Below, piece after piece: positions 10,915 through 20,559 of a stretch of DNA of 64,000 nucleotides (positions are counted from its first letter, which is position 1; each line of letters begins with the position of its first letter). Location: assembly GCA_963798845.1 (NCBI GenBank), contig CAWCUS010000002.1, positions 160,001 through 224,000 of the forward strand, written 5' to 3'. Both the position numbers and the translations under genes were made by a program. The notes beneath the pieces are model-generated. The model had not been told where the DNA came from. It was given only the letters and a program-made list of their open reading frames with translations, and did not search any database. The DNA is from an uncultured Gemmatimonadales bacterium (GTDB lineage: Bacteria > Gemmatimonadota > Gemmatimonadetes > Longimicrobiales > RSA9).

Positions 10915-11005
10915 GCCACGTGGGCGGGCCACCCCGGCCCGTCCGGCAATCCCAGTGGACCGCGGTCCCGAGGCGCGCGAGATCGGGCTGCGGGGAGGAG
11001 GATCG

Positions 11006-12955
11006 ATGGGCGCGACAATGGTCGAGAAGATCGCACGGGCCCACATGGTCGACGGGCCCGATCGCCCGCTCCGGCCCGGGGACATGATTTCGCTCCGGCC
11101 GCGGCACATACTGACGCACGACAACACGGCCGCGGTGATGTCGAAGTTCCGCGCAATCGGCGTGGAGCGGATCCATGACCCGCGTCAGCCGGTGATCGTG
11201 CTGGATCACGAGATCCAGAACCGCTCGCCCGAGAACCTGGAAAAGTACACGCGGATCCGTGCCTTCGCCCGTGAGCACGGGCTGGACTTCCATCCGGCGG
11301 GGACGGGGATCGGGCACCAGATCATCGTCGAGCGCGGCTATGCGCTCCCCGGCACGCTGGTGGTGGCGTCCGACTCCCACGCCAACACGTATGGCGCGGT
11401 TGGCGCGCTGGGCACGCCCGTGGTGCGCACGGACGCCGCCGCGATCTGGGCCACGGGGGAGTTCTGGTGGCAGGTGCCGGCGACCGTGCAGGTGGTGCTG
11501 GAAGGGGAGCTGCGACCGGGCGTCAGCGGCAAGGACCTGATCCTCACCCTGTGCTCGCTCTATCCGGCCGGGGAAGTGCTGAACCGGGTCGTGGAGTTCG
11601 CCGGGCCCGGGGTCGCCTCGCTGGACATGGCGGCGCGCATGACGGTGGCGAACATGACCACGGAGTGGGGGGCGCTCGGCGGGTGGTTCCCTGTGGACTC
11701 GCGCACGCTCGAGTTCCTGCGGGAGCGGAAGGCGAGGCTGGAGGCGGCGGACCACCATCGGATCACCGACGCGCAGCTCTTCGCGTGGGGCGCGGCTCCG
11801 CCGCGGCCGGACTCGGACGCCCGCTACGTGGCCCGGATCATCGTGGACCTGGGCAGGGTCAGCCCGTTCCTGGCCGGGCCGGACACGGTGCAGACGGGGC
11901 GGCCGGTGGCGGAGACGGAGGCGGACGGGATCCGCATCGACAAGGCGTACCTCCTTTCCTGCGTGAACGGTCGGCTGGAAGACCTGGAAGCGGCTGCGGA
12001 CGTGGTCCGCGGGCGTCGCGTCGCGCCGCACGTCTCGTTCTTCGTGGCGGCGGCGAGCCGGGAGATCCAGGAGAAGGCCGAGGCGAGCGGGGCGTGGGGC
12101 ACGCTCCTGGACGCGGGCGCCCGGGTGCTCCCGCCCGGCTGCGGCCCGTGCATTGGACTGGGAGAGGGGCTGCTCCAGGACGGGGAGGTCGGGATCTCGG
12201 CCACGAACCGGAACTTCAAGGGACGGATGGGCTCCCGCGACGCCCGCGTGTACCTGGCCAGCCCGGCCGTGGTGGCGGCGTCGGCGCTGGCCGGACGCGT
12301 AAGCAATGGGCGCGTCGCCGGCGGCATCCCGCCGTACGAGTTTCACCGGCTCGACCTGGCCGAGGAGGGCCCGGAGTCGGTGGAGATCATGGCGGGGTTC
12401 CCCGAACGGATCACGGGCCGCCTGGTCTTCGTTCCGCAGGAGAACCTGAACACGGACGGGATCTACGGTAAGGAGCACACGTACCGGGATCGGTCGGTGG
12501 CGGAGATGGCGGCAGCGGTCATGGCGAACTACGATCCGGAATTCGCGAGCCGCACCGCCGCGGGCGACGTCCTGGTGGGGACGCGGAACTTCGGCACGGG
12601 ATCCAGCCGGGAGCAGGCGGCCACCGCTCTCCAGGCGAAGGGGATCGCGCTGGTGATCGCGGAGAGCCTGTCGCAGACGTACCAGCGGAACGCGTTCAAC
12701 AACGGCTTCATCTGCCTGGAGTGCCCGTCGCTGGTGCAGTCGATCGAAAAGGCGCTGGCCGGGGAGATCGCGGAAGGGGAGCCCACGATCGTCACGGGTG
12801 ACGAGCTGAGCGTGGACTTCCGACGGGGGACCATCGAGTGGCGGCGCAAGACGTACCGTTTCCCGGCGCTCGGGCGGGTGCCGCAGAGCCTGGTGGTCGC
12901 GGGGGGCGTCGAGGCGAAGATCCGGGCGACGCTCGGGGGCAACGCAGACCGTTGA
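11006..12955 (+). CDS. Single-chain aconitase-family enzyme (large + swivel domain fused), fungal Lys4/LysF homoaconitase-like
   Basis: THDN, LDHEIQN, GIGHQI, ASDSH, RTDAAAIWATG, ANMTTEWGA, SCVNGR, CGPCIG, TNRNFKGRMG, NTDGIY, NFGTGSSREQA. Recalled similarity to fungal homoaconitase. Confidence 0.8.
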   Translation: MGATMVEKIARAHMVDGPDRPLRPGDMISLRPRHILTHDNTAAVMSKFRAIGVERIHDPRQPVIVLDHEIQNRSPENLEKYTRIRAFAREHGLDFHPAGTGIGHQIIVERGYALPGTLVVASDSHANTYGAVGALGTPVVRTDAAAIWATGEFWWQVPATVQVVLEGELRPGVSGKDLILTLCSLYPAGEVLNRVVEFAGPGVASLDMAARMTVANMTTEWGALGGWFPVDSRTLEFLRERKARLEAADHHRITDAQLFAWGAAPPRPDSDARYVARIIVDLGRVSPFLAGPDTVQTGRPVAETEADGIRIDKAYLLSCVNGRLEDLEAAADVVRGRRVAPHVSFFVAAASREIQEKAEASGAWGTLLDAGARVLPPGCGPCIGLGEGLLQDGEVGISATNRNFKGRMGSRDARVYLASPAVVAASALAGRVSNGRVAGGIPPYEFHRLDLAEEGPESVEIMAGFPERITGRLVFVPQENLNTDGIYGKEHTYRDRSVAEMAAAVMANYDPEFASRTAAGDVLVGTRNFGTGSSREQAATALQAKGIALVIAESLSQTYQRNAFNNGFICLECPSLVQSIEKALAGEIAEGEPTIVTGDELSVDFRRGTIEWRRKTYRFPALGRVPQSLVVAGGVEAKIRATLGGNADR

Positions 12956-12998
12956 CGGGTCCCGGCGAGCGGATCCCGGTCAACGCAAAAGGAGGAGC

Positions 12999-14213
12999 AT
13001 GAAGCACACGGTCGTGACAATGCCTGGGGACGGGATCGGCAAGGTGGTGCTGCCGGAGGCGCTGCGGGTGCTGGACGCGGTGGGTTTCGAGGCGGAGTAC
13101 GTCCACGGCGACATCGGCTGGGACTTCTGGGTCAGCGAGGGGAACGCGCTGCCGGAGCGGACCGTGGCGCTGCTGGCGCAGCACAGGCTGGGGCTGTTCG
13201 GCGCGATCACGTCGAAGCCGAAGACGGAGGCGGCGCGTGAGCTGAAGCGCGAGCTGAAGGACCAGGGCTACGTGTATTTCAGCCCCATCGTAGGACTGCG
13301 GCAGCGCTTCGATCTCGACATCTGCATCCGCCCCTGCCGTTCCTTCCCGGGGAACCCGCTGAACTTCGTCCGGCGTGATCCGGCGGGAGGCGTGGCCGAG
13401 CCGGCGGTGGATTCGGTGATCTTCCGTCAGAACACGGAAGGGCTGTATTCGGGGGTGGAGTGGACGAACCCGCCGAAGGGCGTGCGGGACGCGCTGGCGA
13501 CGCACCCGAAGTTCAAGCCGTTCACCGACACGCCGTCGCACGACCTGGCGATCTCGACGCGGATCTTCACGCGCCGCGCCTGCGCGCGGATCACGCGCGC
13601 CGCCTTCGAGTACGCGGTGAAGCACGGTTACGAGAGCGTGACGGTGTGTGAGAAGCCGAACGTGCTGCGGGAGACCAGCGGGATGATGGAAGAGGAAGCG
13701 AAGAAGGCGCACGAGGACTTCCCCGACATCCAGCTCTGGTCGACGAACATCGACGCGCAGATGATGTGGCTGACGAAGAACCCTGAAGACTACGGGGTCA
13801 TCGTCGCCGGGAACATGTTCGGCGACATCGTGAGCGACGGCTTCGCGGGGCTGGTCGGTGGCCTCGGTTTCGCCTGCTCGGGGAACCTGGGCGACAATGT
13901 GGCCGTCTTCGAGCCGACGCACGGCTCGGCGCCCAAGTACGAGAAGCTGGATCCGCCCATCGTGAACCCGATCGCCATGGTCCTGAGCGCGGCCATGCTC
14001 CTGGACCACGTGGGCGAGCGGGAGAAGGCGGAGCAGGTGCGGGCCGCGGTGGCGGCCGTGGTGCGCGATGGCAGCGTCCGCACCTACGACATGATGCGGA
14101 TCCCCGGCGGGCCCGGCGCGATCGCGCAGGGGGCCGCCAGCACCACTGAGCTGACCGACGCCATCATCGCCGCGCTGTCCGCGCGCGCAGTCGCGAGCGG
14201 GCAGGCGGGATGA
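12999..14213 (+). CDS. Beta-decarboxylating dehydrogenase (isocitrate/isopropylmalate family), homoisocitrate dehydrogenase-like
   Basis: PGDGIG, LFGAITS, SPIVGLRQ, RQNTEGLY, NMFGDIVSD, FEPTHGSAP, NPIAMVLS; AGGAGG RBS. Confidence 0.8.
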   Translation: MKHTVVTMPGDGIGKVVLPEALRVLDAVGFEAEYVHGDIGWDFWVSEGNALPERTVALLAQHRLGLFGAITSKPKTEAARELKRELKDQGYVYFSPIVGLRQRFDLDICIRPCRSFPGNPLNFVRRDPAGGVAEPAVDSVIFRQNTEGLYSGVEWTNPPKGVRDALATHPKFKPFTDTPSHDLAISTRIFTRRACARITRAAFEYAVKHGYESVTVCEKPNVLRETSGMMEEEAKKAHEDFPDIQLWSTNIDAQMMWLTKNPEDYGVIVAGNMFGDIVSDGFAGLVGGLGFACSGNLGDNVAVFEPTHGSAPKYEKLDPPIVNPIAMVLSAAMLLDHVGEREKAEQVRAAVAAVVRDGSVRTYDMMRIPGGPGAIAQGAASTTELTDAIIAALSARAVASGQAG

Positions 14214-15565
14214 GCGGGCCGGAGGCCGGCGTTTCGCCGGGCGCCCGAATGGCCGCCGGAGCGGCGGTGGTGGCGGGTCGGGGAGAGGCGGGGCGAGCCG
14301 GCGATGACGTCCGCTCCGACCTGCACGTCGTCGTGGAAGCGGGCGGCGACGCCGTGACGCTGGACGTGAGGTCGAAGGTGGCGTCGTTGTTCGGCGACGC
14401 GATCCGCGCCACCGTCCTCGAGACCCTCAATGCGTTCGGGGTGAGCGCCGCTCGCGTGGTCGTGGATGACAAGGGCGCCGTGCCCTGGGTGATCGCGGCG
14501 CGCGTGGAAGCCGCGGCCCGCGCCGCCGGCCTGGTGGAGCGGACCGGCGCCGCCGTTCCCTGCGCCGGAGGACGAGGGCCGGCGCTGGGTTTTCCGGCGA
14601 CGAGCCCGACCCCGAGGGACCGGCTCCGCCGGTCCCGCCTCTACGTCCCCGGAAACGAGCCCAAGTTCATGCCGAACGCGGGGCTGCACCGTCCGGACGG
14701 CGTGATCCTGGACCTCGAGGACTCGGTCCACCGGGGCGCGAAGCCGGCGGCCCGCCTGCTGGTCCGGAACGCGCTGCGCTGCGTCGATTTCGGCGCGGCC
14801 GAGCGGATGGTTCGCATCAATCAGCTTCCGCTCGGGCTGGAGGACCTGGAGGCCATCGTCCCGGAGCTCCCCAACCTGGTGCTGGTCCCGAAAGTGGAGG
14901 AGGCTGCGCAGGTGGCGGAGGTGGCCGCGCGGATCGAGGCGATCCGGTCGTCCGCTGGGCTGCCGTCGAAGGAGGCGCACCCGATCTGGCTGATGCCGAT
15001 CCTCGAGTCCGCGCTCGGGATCGAGAACGCGTTCGCGATCGCGCGCGCGTCGGTCACGGTTGCGGCGCTGACCATCGGGCTGGAGGACTACACGGCCGAC
15101 CTGGGCGTTGTGAAGACGAAGGAAGGTGCCGAGACGCTGTGGGCGAGGGCGCGTCTGGTGAACGCGGCCAGGGCGGCGGGCGTCCAGGCCATCGACTCGG
15201 TGTACGGCGACGTGGCGGACGTGGACGGGCTGCTGGCGTGGGCGCGGGCGTCGCACGCCATGGGCTTCGTGGGCATGGGGTGCGTGCACCCCCGCCAGAT
15301 CCGGGTGATCCACGCGGGCTTCGCCCCCACGCCGGAGGAGCTGGAGAAGGCACAGAAGATCGTGGCGGCGTTCCACGACGCGGAGGCGCGGGGCCTGGGC
15401 GTGGTGAGCCTGGGGAGCAAGATGATCGACCCGCCGGTAGTGCTGCGGGCCACGCGGCTGGTGGAGCGGGCGAGGGAGATGGGGGTTCTGGACGCAAGCG
15501 CGGCCGACGCGGGTGCGGTTGCGGCGTCGCCGGCCTCGAACGGGTCGGAGGGGGGTGGCGAGTGA
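14210..15565 (+). CDS. citE: Citrate lyase acyl-carrier (gamma, CitD-like) domain fused to citryl-lyase (beta, CitE) domain
   Basis: N-terminal RSDLHV...FGDAIRATV...DDKGA...ARVEAA (CitD-like); C-terminal RRSRLYVPGN, ILDLEDSV, VRIN, GLEDYTADLG, HPRQI, MIDPPV. Confidence 0.85.
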   Translation: MSGPEAGVSPGARMAAGAAVVAGRGEAGRAGDDVRSDLHVVVEAGGDAVTLDVRSKVASLFGDAIRATVLETLNAFGVSAARVVVDDKGAVPWVIAARVEAAARAAGLVERTGAAVPCAGGRGPALGFPATSPTPRDRLRRSRLYVPGNEPKFMPNAGLHRPDGVILDLEDSVHRGAKPAARLLVRNALRCVDFGAAERMVRINQLPLGLEDLEAIVPELPNLVLVPKVEEAAQVAEVAARIEAIRSSAGLPSKEAHPIWLMPILESALGIENAFAIARASVTVAALTIGLEDYTADLGVVKTKEGAETLWARARLVNAARAAGVQAIDSVYGDVADVDGLLAWARASHAMGFVGMGCVHPRQIRVIHAGFAPTPEELEKAQKIVAAFHDAEARGLGVVSLGSKMIDPPVVLRATRLVERAREMGVLDASAADAGAVAASPASNGSEGGGE

Positions 15566-17175
15566 GCGTGATGACGAAGGTCTCCACGGCGCCGTGGCTG
15601 GACGGGCCGGCGTGGGCGGAGCTGGTGGAGAACGCCGCGGGGCGGCAAGTGCCGCGGGTGGTGAACGGGGAGGCGCAGACGCCGTACGCCGGCGTGGCCG
15701 GCCATGCACCCGACGGCCGGAAGGCCGGTGCGGCCATCCGCTCCGCGCGCGACTATCCGGCGAGCGGCGACAAGCGATCGGGGACCCTGCGCGCGGCGCT
15801 GGAGGCGTGCGGGCTGCGGGATGGGATGACCCTCTCGACGCATCATCATTTCCGGAACGGCGACCGGGTGGCGGTGGCGGCGCTCCAGGCGGCCGCGGAG
15901 CTCGGGGCGAAAGGTCTGCGCTGGTTCCCCAGCGCATCGTTCCCCGCCCATGCGCCGGTGGTGGAGCTGATGGATCGGGGGGTGGTGCACCACATCGAGG
16001 GGAGCATGAACGGCGCCCTCGGCGACTACACGTCGAAGGGAAAGATGGCGGGACTCGGGGTCCTGCGCTCGCACGGCGGCCGGTGGCAGGCGATCCAGGA
16101 CGGCGAGGTGCACGTGGACATCGCGGTGATCGCGGCGCCGACGGCCGACCTGTTCGGCAACGCGGACGGCTCGCATGGCCCTTCCGCCTGCGGCTCGCTC
16201 GGCTTCGCTCTGGCCGACTCCATGTACGCCGACCGCGTGATCGTGGTGACGGACAACGTGGTGCCCTTCCCGTGCATCCCGTGGCAGATCCAGGGGAACA
16301 ACGTGGACCACGTGGTGGTGGTGGACTCGGTCGGGGATCCGTCGAAGATCGTTTCCGGCACCACCGAGATCACCAGGAGTCCCGACCGGCTGCTGATCGC
16401 GGAGTACGTGGCGCGTTTCCTCAAGGATGCGGGGATCATGCGCGACGGCTTCAGCTTCCAGGCCGGCGCCGGAGGGATCGCGCTGGCCTTCGTCGGCTAC
16501 CTGAAGGAAATGATGAAGGAAGCCGGGGTGAAGGCGAGGTTCGTCCGGGGCGGCTCGACGAAGTACCTGGTGGACCTGCTGCGGGAGGGGCTCACCGATT
16601 ACATCCTGGACGGGCAGACCTTCGACCTGGCGGGCGTCGCGTCCATCGGCAGCGACCCGCGCCACGTCGCCACGTCGCCGTTCACGTCCTACAACTACCA
16701 CGGCAAGGGGAACTTCGCCTCCATGGTGGATGCCGTCGTGCTCGGCGCCACGGAAGTGGATTTGGACTTCAACGCGAACGTGGTCACCCATTCCGACGGG
16801 ATGCTCCTGCACGGCATCGGCGGCTGGCAGAACTGCCTGTTCAGCGGGTGCACCATCCTGGCCGTGCCCGCGTTCAGGGACCGGATCCCTGTGCTGGTGG
16901 ACCGGGTCACCACGCTGACCGGGCCCGGCGAGCTGATCGACGTGGTAGTGACGGAGCGAGGGATCGCGATCAACCCGCGACGCGACGACCTGATCCGCGC
17001 CGCCGCTGGCTCCGACCTCCCGATCCGCCCACTGGCCGAGATCAAGGTGGAAGTGGACCGGATGATCGGGGGCGCGCCCTCGCCGGCGCGCGTGACCGAG
17101 CGCCCCGTCGCCATCGTGAAATGGGTGGACGGGACCGTGCTGGACACGGTGTACCAGGTGGCCAGTCCCGCGTAA
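15562..17175 (+). CDS. citF: Citrate lyase alpha subunit-like (ACP/CoA transferase)
   Basis: GLRDGMTLSTHHHFRNGD, LRSHGGR, ACGSLGFA, FSFQAGAGG, LGATEVDLDFNANVVT, DVVVTERGIAINP. Confidence 0.92.
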   Translation: MSVMTKVSTAPWLDGPAWAELVENAAGRQVPRVVNGEAQTPYAGVAGHAPDGRKAGAAIRSARDYPASGDKRSGTLRAALEACGLRDGMTLSTHHHFRNGDRVAVAALQAAAELGAKGLRWFPSASFPAHAPVVELMDRGVVHHIEGSMNGALGDYTSKGKMAGLGVLRSHGGRWQAIQDGEVHVDIAVIAAPTADLFGNADGSHGPSACGSLGFALADSMYADRVIVVTDNVVPFPCIPWQIQGNNVDHVVVVDSVGDPSKIVSGTTEITRSPDRLLIAEYVARFLKDAGIMRDGFSFQAGAGGIALAFVGYLKEMMKEAGVKARFVRGGSTKYLVDLLREGLTDYILDGQTFDLAGVASIGSDPRHVATSPFTSYNYHGKGNFASMVDAVVLGATEVDLDFNANVVTHSDGMLLHGIGGWQNCLFSGCTILAVPAFRDRIPVLVDRVTTLTGPGELIDVVVTERGIAINPRRDDLIRAAAGSDLPIRPLAEIKVEVDRMIGGAPSPARVTERPVAIVKWVDGTVLDTVYQVASPA

Positions 17176-17199
17176 CGGGAAGCGGCCAGAGGAGGAGGC

Positions 17200-17457
17200 A
17201 TGATCAAGATCCACATGGACCCGGGGCGGCTCTCGATCGAGGAGCTGCAGAACATCAGCCGGGCATTGCGCGGCACGTGCATCGACTGCGTGGAGCGGAG
17301 CGTGCCGGAGTGCTGCCGTCACAGCGACGAGGTCCGCCACTTCCTGGGCGCCATGGCGGACGCGGTGGACAGCGTGCGGCTGCGGAGGGAGCAGCGGGAT
17401 ACCGAGCTGGCGCTCGGCGTGGACCCCGACTCGGGGGAGTGGCTGGCGGGAGCCTGA
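17200..17457 (+). CDS. Small hypothetical Cys-containing protein
   Basis: Strong GAGGAGG RBS, typical codon usage, 24 nt after citF; CIDC and CCRH. Confidence 0.65.
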   Translation: MIKIHMDPGRLSIEELQNISRALRGTCIDCVERSVPECCRHSDEVRHFLGAMADAVDSVRLRREQRDTELALGVDPDSGEWLAGA

Positions 17458-17465
17458 GCCGGGAC

Positions 17466-17879
17466 TCAGCCTGCGCGGCGATGCGCGCGGCGCTCGAGCA
17501 CCACCTGGCCGTCCACGACCATGAACCGGATGGCGCGGCTCGCGGCGTCGGGGAAAGCGGCCTGCAGGTGGCGGAAGCGGTCGTTGGAGACCACGCGGGC
17601 GTCCAGCTCGCGGGCGAAGGAGAGGATGAAGTAATCGGCGTCCGTACCCGCGGGGGCCTGCCGGATCCGACCGGCCGCCACGAGGGCCTCGTAGCCGTCG
17701 GGATCATCGATGGTGTGCCGCAGCGTCGCATCGACCAGGACGAGAGGGTCGAGGCCCTCCTCCTCCAGCTTCTGGCATACGGCCCGGATGTTGGCCAGAC
17801 GCGCCCCGCGACCCTCCACGGCGTGCGCGACGTTGGACCCATCGACGAGCACCACTTCCCGGCCTTCCCCTTCGGCCAT
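17466..17879 (-). CDS. NYN/PIN-like (Zc3h12a-type) ribonuclease domain protein
   Basis: VLVDGSNVAH, ADYFIL, VVSNDRFR; GGAG RBS. Confidence 0.8.
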   Translation of the reverse strand: MAEGEGREVVLVDGSNVAHAVEGRGARLANIRAVCQKLEEEGLDPLVLVDATLRHTIDDPDGYEALVAAGRIRQAPAGTDADYFILSFARELDARVVSNDRFRHLQAAFPDAASRAIRFMVVDGQVVLERRAHRRAG

Positions 17880-17918
17880 GAGACTCTCCTCCCGCGCGGC
17901 CGCCGGCTTTCACGGGCG

Positions 17919-17934
17919 TGCAACTGCCGTACCC
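17919..17934 (-). promoter_or_regulatory. Possible sigma54 promoter for the NYN gene
   Basis: Minus strand GGGTACGGCAGTTGCA fits GG-N10-GC, about 40 nt upstream of the start codon. Confidence 0.4.
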
Positions 17935-18094
17935 GTCGCGGGCGCTGGCGGGGCGGTGCTGGCCGCGCCGCTCGCGGTTCGCTAACGTGATGCGTTCCGC
18001 GTCGTCGCGTCGGGCGGCCGCGGCACACCCCGACCGTTGCGCGGCCGGGGTCTTGCACTGCTCTCAACGGGTGCGACCCGCGAGGCATGCGCGC

Positions 18095-18961
18095 ATGAAC
18101 AAGGTCTCCATCCTCAGCTACGCCGCTCTGCTCGCAGTGAAGCACGCGAGCCGCGCGCTGTACCGCATCCATACCGAATGGGTGGGGGACGTCCCGCCGG
18201 ATCCCTGGGATGGAGTGCGCCTGATCGCGGTCGTGCACCACACGAGCCTGGCGGAAGCGATCTACCTGGCCGTGGTGCCGAACCGCATCCTGCGGAAGAT
18301 GTCCCGGCACGCCGTGCTTCCGGTGGCGCGGGAGACGATGGCGCGACCGATCGAAGGGCGCATCTTCCGGCTGCTGGTGCCGAATGCCGTGCCGATCACG
18401 CGGCGTCGCGACCAGAGCTGGGCACGGGTGCTGGACGAGATCGACGATCCCGACTCCATGATGGCGATGTTCCCGGAAGGCCGGATGATGCGGCCCGACG
18501 GCCGGGACAAGAGCGGCGCCCCGATGACCGTCAAGCCGGGGGTCGTGGAAGTGCTCCAGGCGCTCGGCCACGGGCGCATGATCCTGGCCTACAGTGGGGG
18601 GCTGCACCACGTCTTCGCGCCCGGCGCCTCTCTGCCGCGCTTCCTGCAGCCGCTGTCGCTCCGGCTCGAGTCGCTCGACATCGCCGCGTACCTGGAGGAG
18701 CGGGGCCGGGAGCTGCCGTCGCTGACCGACGCAGTGGTCCGGGACCTCACGCGAAGGCGGGACCTGTACACGCCGATCGCGCCCGGGACCCCGCCGGCCG
18801 TGGCGGCGGAAGTCGTTCGGCGTCGACAGCAGGCTTGGCTGCAGCGCTCGCTCGCCGGCGCTGTCAAGCGCCGCCCGAGGGCTTCCGCGGCACGATCATC
18901 GGTCGTCCGGCCAGGCGCTCCACCCCCTCCAGCAGCTCCGCCAGATCGAGCGGCGGGGTGA
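18095..18961 (+). CDS. PlsC-like lysophospholipid acyltransferase
   Basis: HHTSLAE (Hx4D-like block), ITRRRD, MFPEGRM, VKPG. Confidence 0.75.
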   Translation: MNKVSILSYAALLAVKHASRALYRIHTEWVGDVPPDPWDGVRLIAVVHHTSLAEAIYLAVVPNRILRKMSRHAVLPVARETMARPIEGRIFRLLVPNAVPITRRRDQSWARVLDEIDDPDSMMAMFPEGRMMRPDGRDKSGAPMTVKPGVVEVLQALGHGRMILAYSGGLHHVFAPGASLPRFLQPLSLRLESLDIAAYLEERGRELPSLTDAVVRDLTRRRDLYTPIAPGTPPAVAAEVVRRRQQAWLQRSLAGAVKRRPRASAARSSVVRPGAPPPPAAPPDRAAG

Positions 18962-19074
18962 GGCTGCCGTCCACCCCCGCCGCCAGCGCGGCCTGAGGGC
19001 AGCCGCAGCGCCCGGAGCCGAAGGGTCCGGCGGCCGTTGACCCGGGACCCGGTGCGGGCGAACCTTCCCCCGGC

Positions 19075-20559
19075 ATGAGACCCGGGCGCGACCGAAGGAT
19101 CGTCACGGCGGCCCTCATCCTCGGGATGTTCCTGGCTGCCCTCGAAGCCACTGCGGTGGGCACGGCGATGCCGACGGCCGTGGCCGAGCTGGGGGGCGTG
19201 GCCCGCTATTCGTGGGTGTTCTCCGCCTACCTGCTCACCTCCACGACCGTGGTCCCGCTGTTCGGGAAGCTGGCCGACCTGTACGGGCGACGCCGGATCT
19301 ACGTCCTGAGCGCGCTGCTCTTCATGGCGGGGTCGATGCTGTCCGGGCTCGCCGGCAGCTTCAACCAGCTGATCGCGTTCCGGGCCATCCAGGGGCTGGG
19401 CGCCGGCGGGGTCATGCCGGTGGCCACGACGCTCATCGGCGACATCTACCCGCTGGAGGAGCGCGGGAAGATCCAGGGGCTCTTTTCCGGTGTCTGGGGC
19501 GTTTCCAGCCTGGTGGGCCCCGCGGTGGGTGGGCTCGTGACGCAGCTTCTCAGCTGGCGCTGGGTCTTCTACCTGAACGTCCCTTTCGGCATCGCATCGG
19601 TGGTACTGCTCCAGCTCTACCTGACGGAGCGGCAGGTGAGGCGGGAGCACCGGCTCGACATCATGGGCACCGTGCTGCTGACGCTGTCGGTGACCGTCCT
19701 CCTGCTCACGCTCCTGGAGGGGACCGAGCTCTTCGGGTGGGGCGACTGGCGCACCCTCGGCCTGCTGGGGCTGTCGATGCTCGGGACCGCCCTCTTCCTC
19801 CTCCAGGAGCGACGCGCGGCCGAGCCGATGCTCCCCCTCGCCCTCTTCCGCAACCCGGTGATCTCGGTGTCCAGTGCCGGGAACGTGGTCCTGGGCACGG
19901 TCCTGTTCTGCGCCACGGCGTTCGTCCCCATGTTCACGCAGGGCGTGCTGGGGGGCACGGCAGTCGACGCGGGGATGAGCCTGGCGCCCATGTCCATCGG
20001 GTGGCCGATCGCGAGCACCGCGGCCGGGTGGCTCCTGTTGCGCGTCGGATACCGCCCGCTCGGCGTGATGGGCGCGCTGGCGACGTTCGCCGGCACGGCC
20101 GTCCTTCTCGGCGCCGGCCCGGAGTCCTCGCGTACCCTGCTCATGGCGGCAATGCTGGTGACGGGGGTGGGGCTCGGGCTCGTCTCCACGCCGTACCTCG
20201 TGGCGGTGCAGAACGCAGTGCCCTGGCAGCTGCGCGGCGTGGCCACGAGCAGCACGCAGTTCTTCCGCACGATCGGCGGCGCCATCGCCGTGGCGGGGCT
20301 CGGCGCGGTCCTCACCACGCACCTGAACGAGGCCAACGTGCAGCTGGATCCCAACATGGCGCTGAATCCCGCCCTGCGGGGCGCCGTGCCGCCCGAACAG
20401 CTGGACGCGCTCCGGCAGGCGCTCGCGGGCGGGCTCCACTCCGTCTACATCGGCATGCTCGTCGTGGCTGCGGCTGGTGTGGCCGTGGCGCTGGTGTTCC
20501 CGCGCGGCAGCGCGCAGTCCCAGGCCCACGACGCTGCGGGCCCCGGGCGTCCGGGCTAG
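19075..20559 (+). CDS. MFS drug:H+ antiporter (DHA2/14-TM type)
   Basis: GKLADLYGRR, FRAIQGLGAG, GPAVGG, WRWVFYLNVPFG, EPMLPLALF. Confidence 0.92.
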   Translation: MRPGRDRRIVTAALILGMFLAALEATAVGTAMPTAVAELGGVARYSWVFSAYLLTSTTVVPLFGKLADLYGRRRIYVLSALLFMAGSMLSGLAGSFNQLIAFRAIQGLGAGGVMPVATTLIGDIYPLEERGKIQGLFSGVWGVSSLVGPAVGGLVTQLLSWRWVFYLNVPFGIASVVLLQLYLTERQVRREHRLDIMGTVLLTLSVTVLLLTLLEGTELFGWGDWRTLGLLGLSMLGTALFLLQERRAAEPMLPLALFRNPVISVSSAGNVVLGTVLFCATAFVPMFTQGVLGGTAVDAGMSLAPMSIGWPIASTAAGWLLLRVGYRPLGVMGALATFAGTAVLLGAGPESSRTLLMAAMLVTGVGLGLVSTPYLVAVQNAVPWQLRGVATSSTQFFRTIGGAIAVAGLGAVLTTHLNEANVQLDPNMALNPALRGAVPPEQLDALRQALAGGLHSVYIGMLVVAAAGVAVALVFPRGSAQSQAHDAAGPGRPG

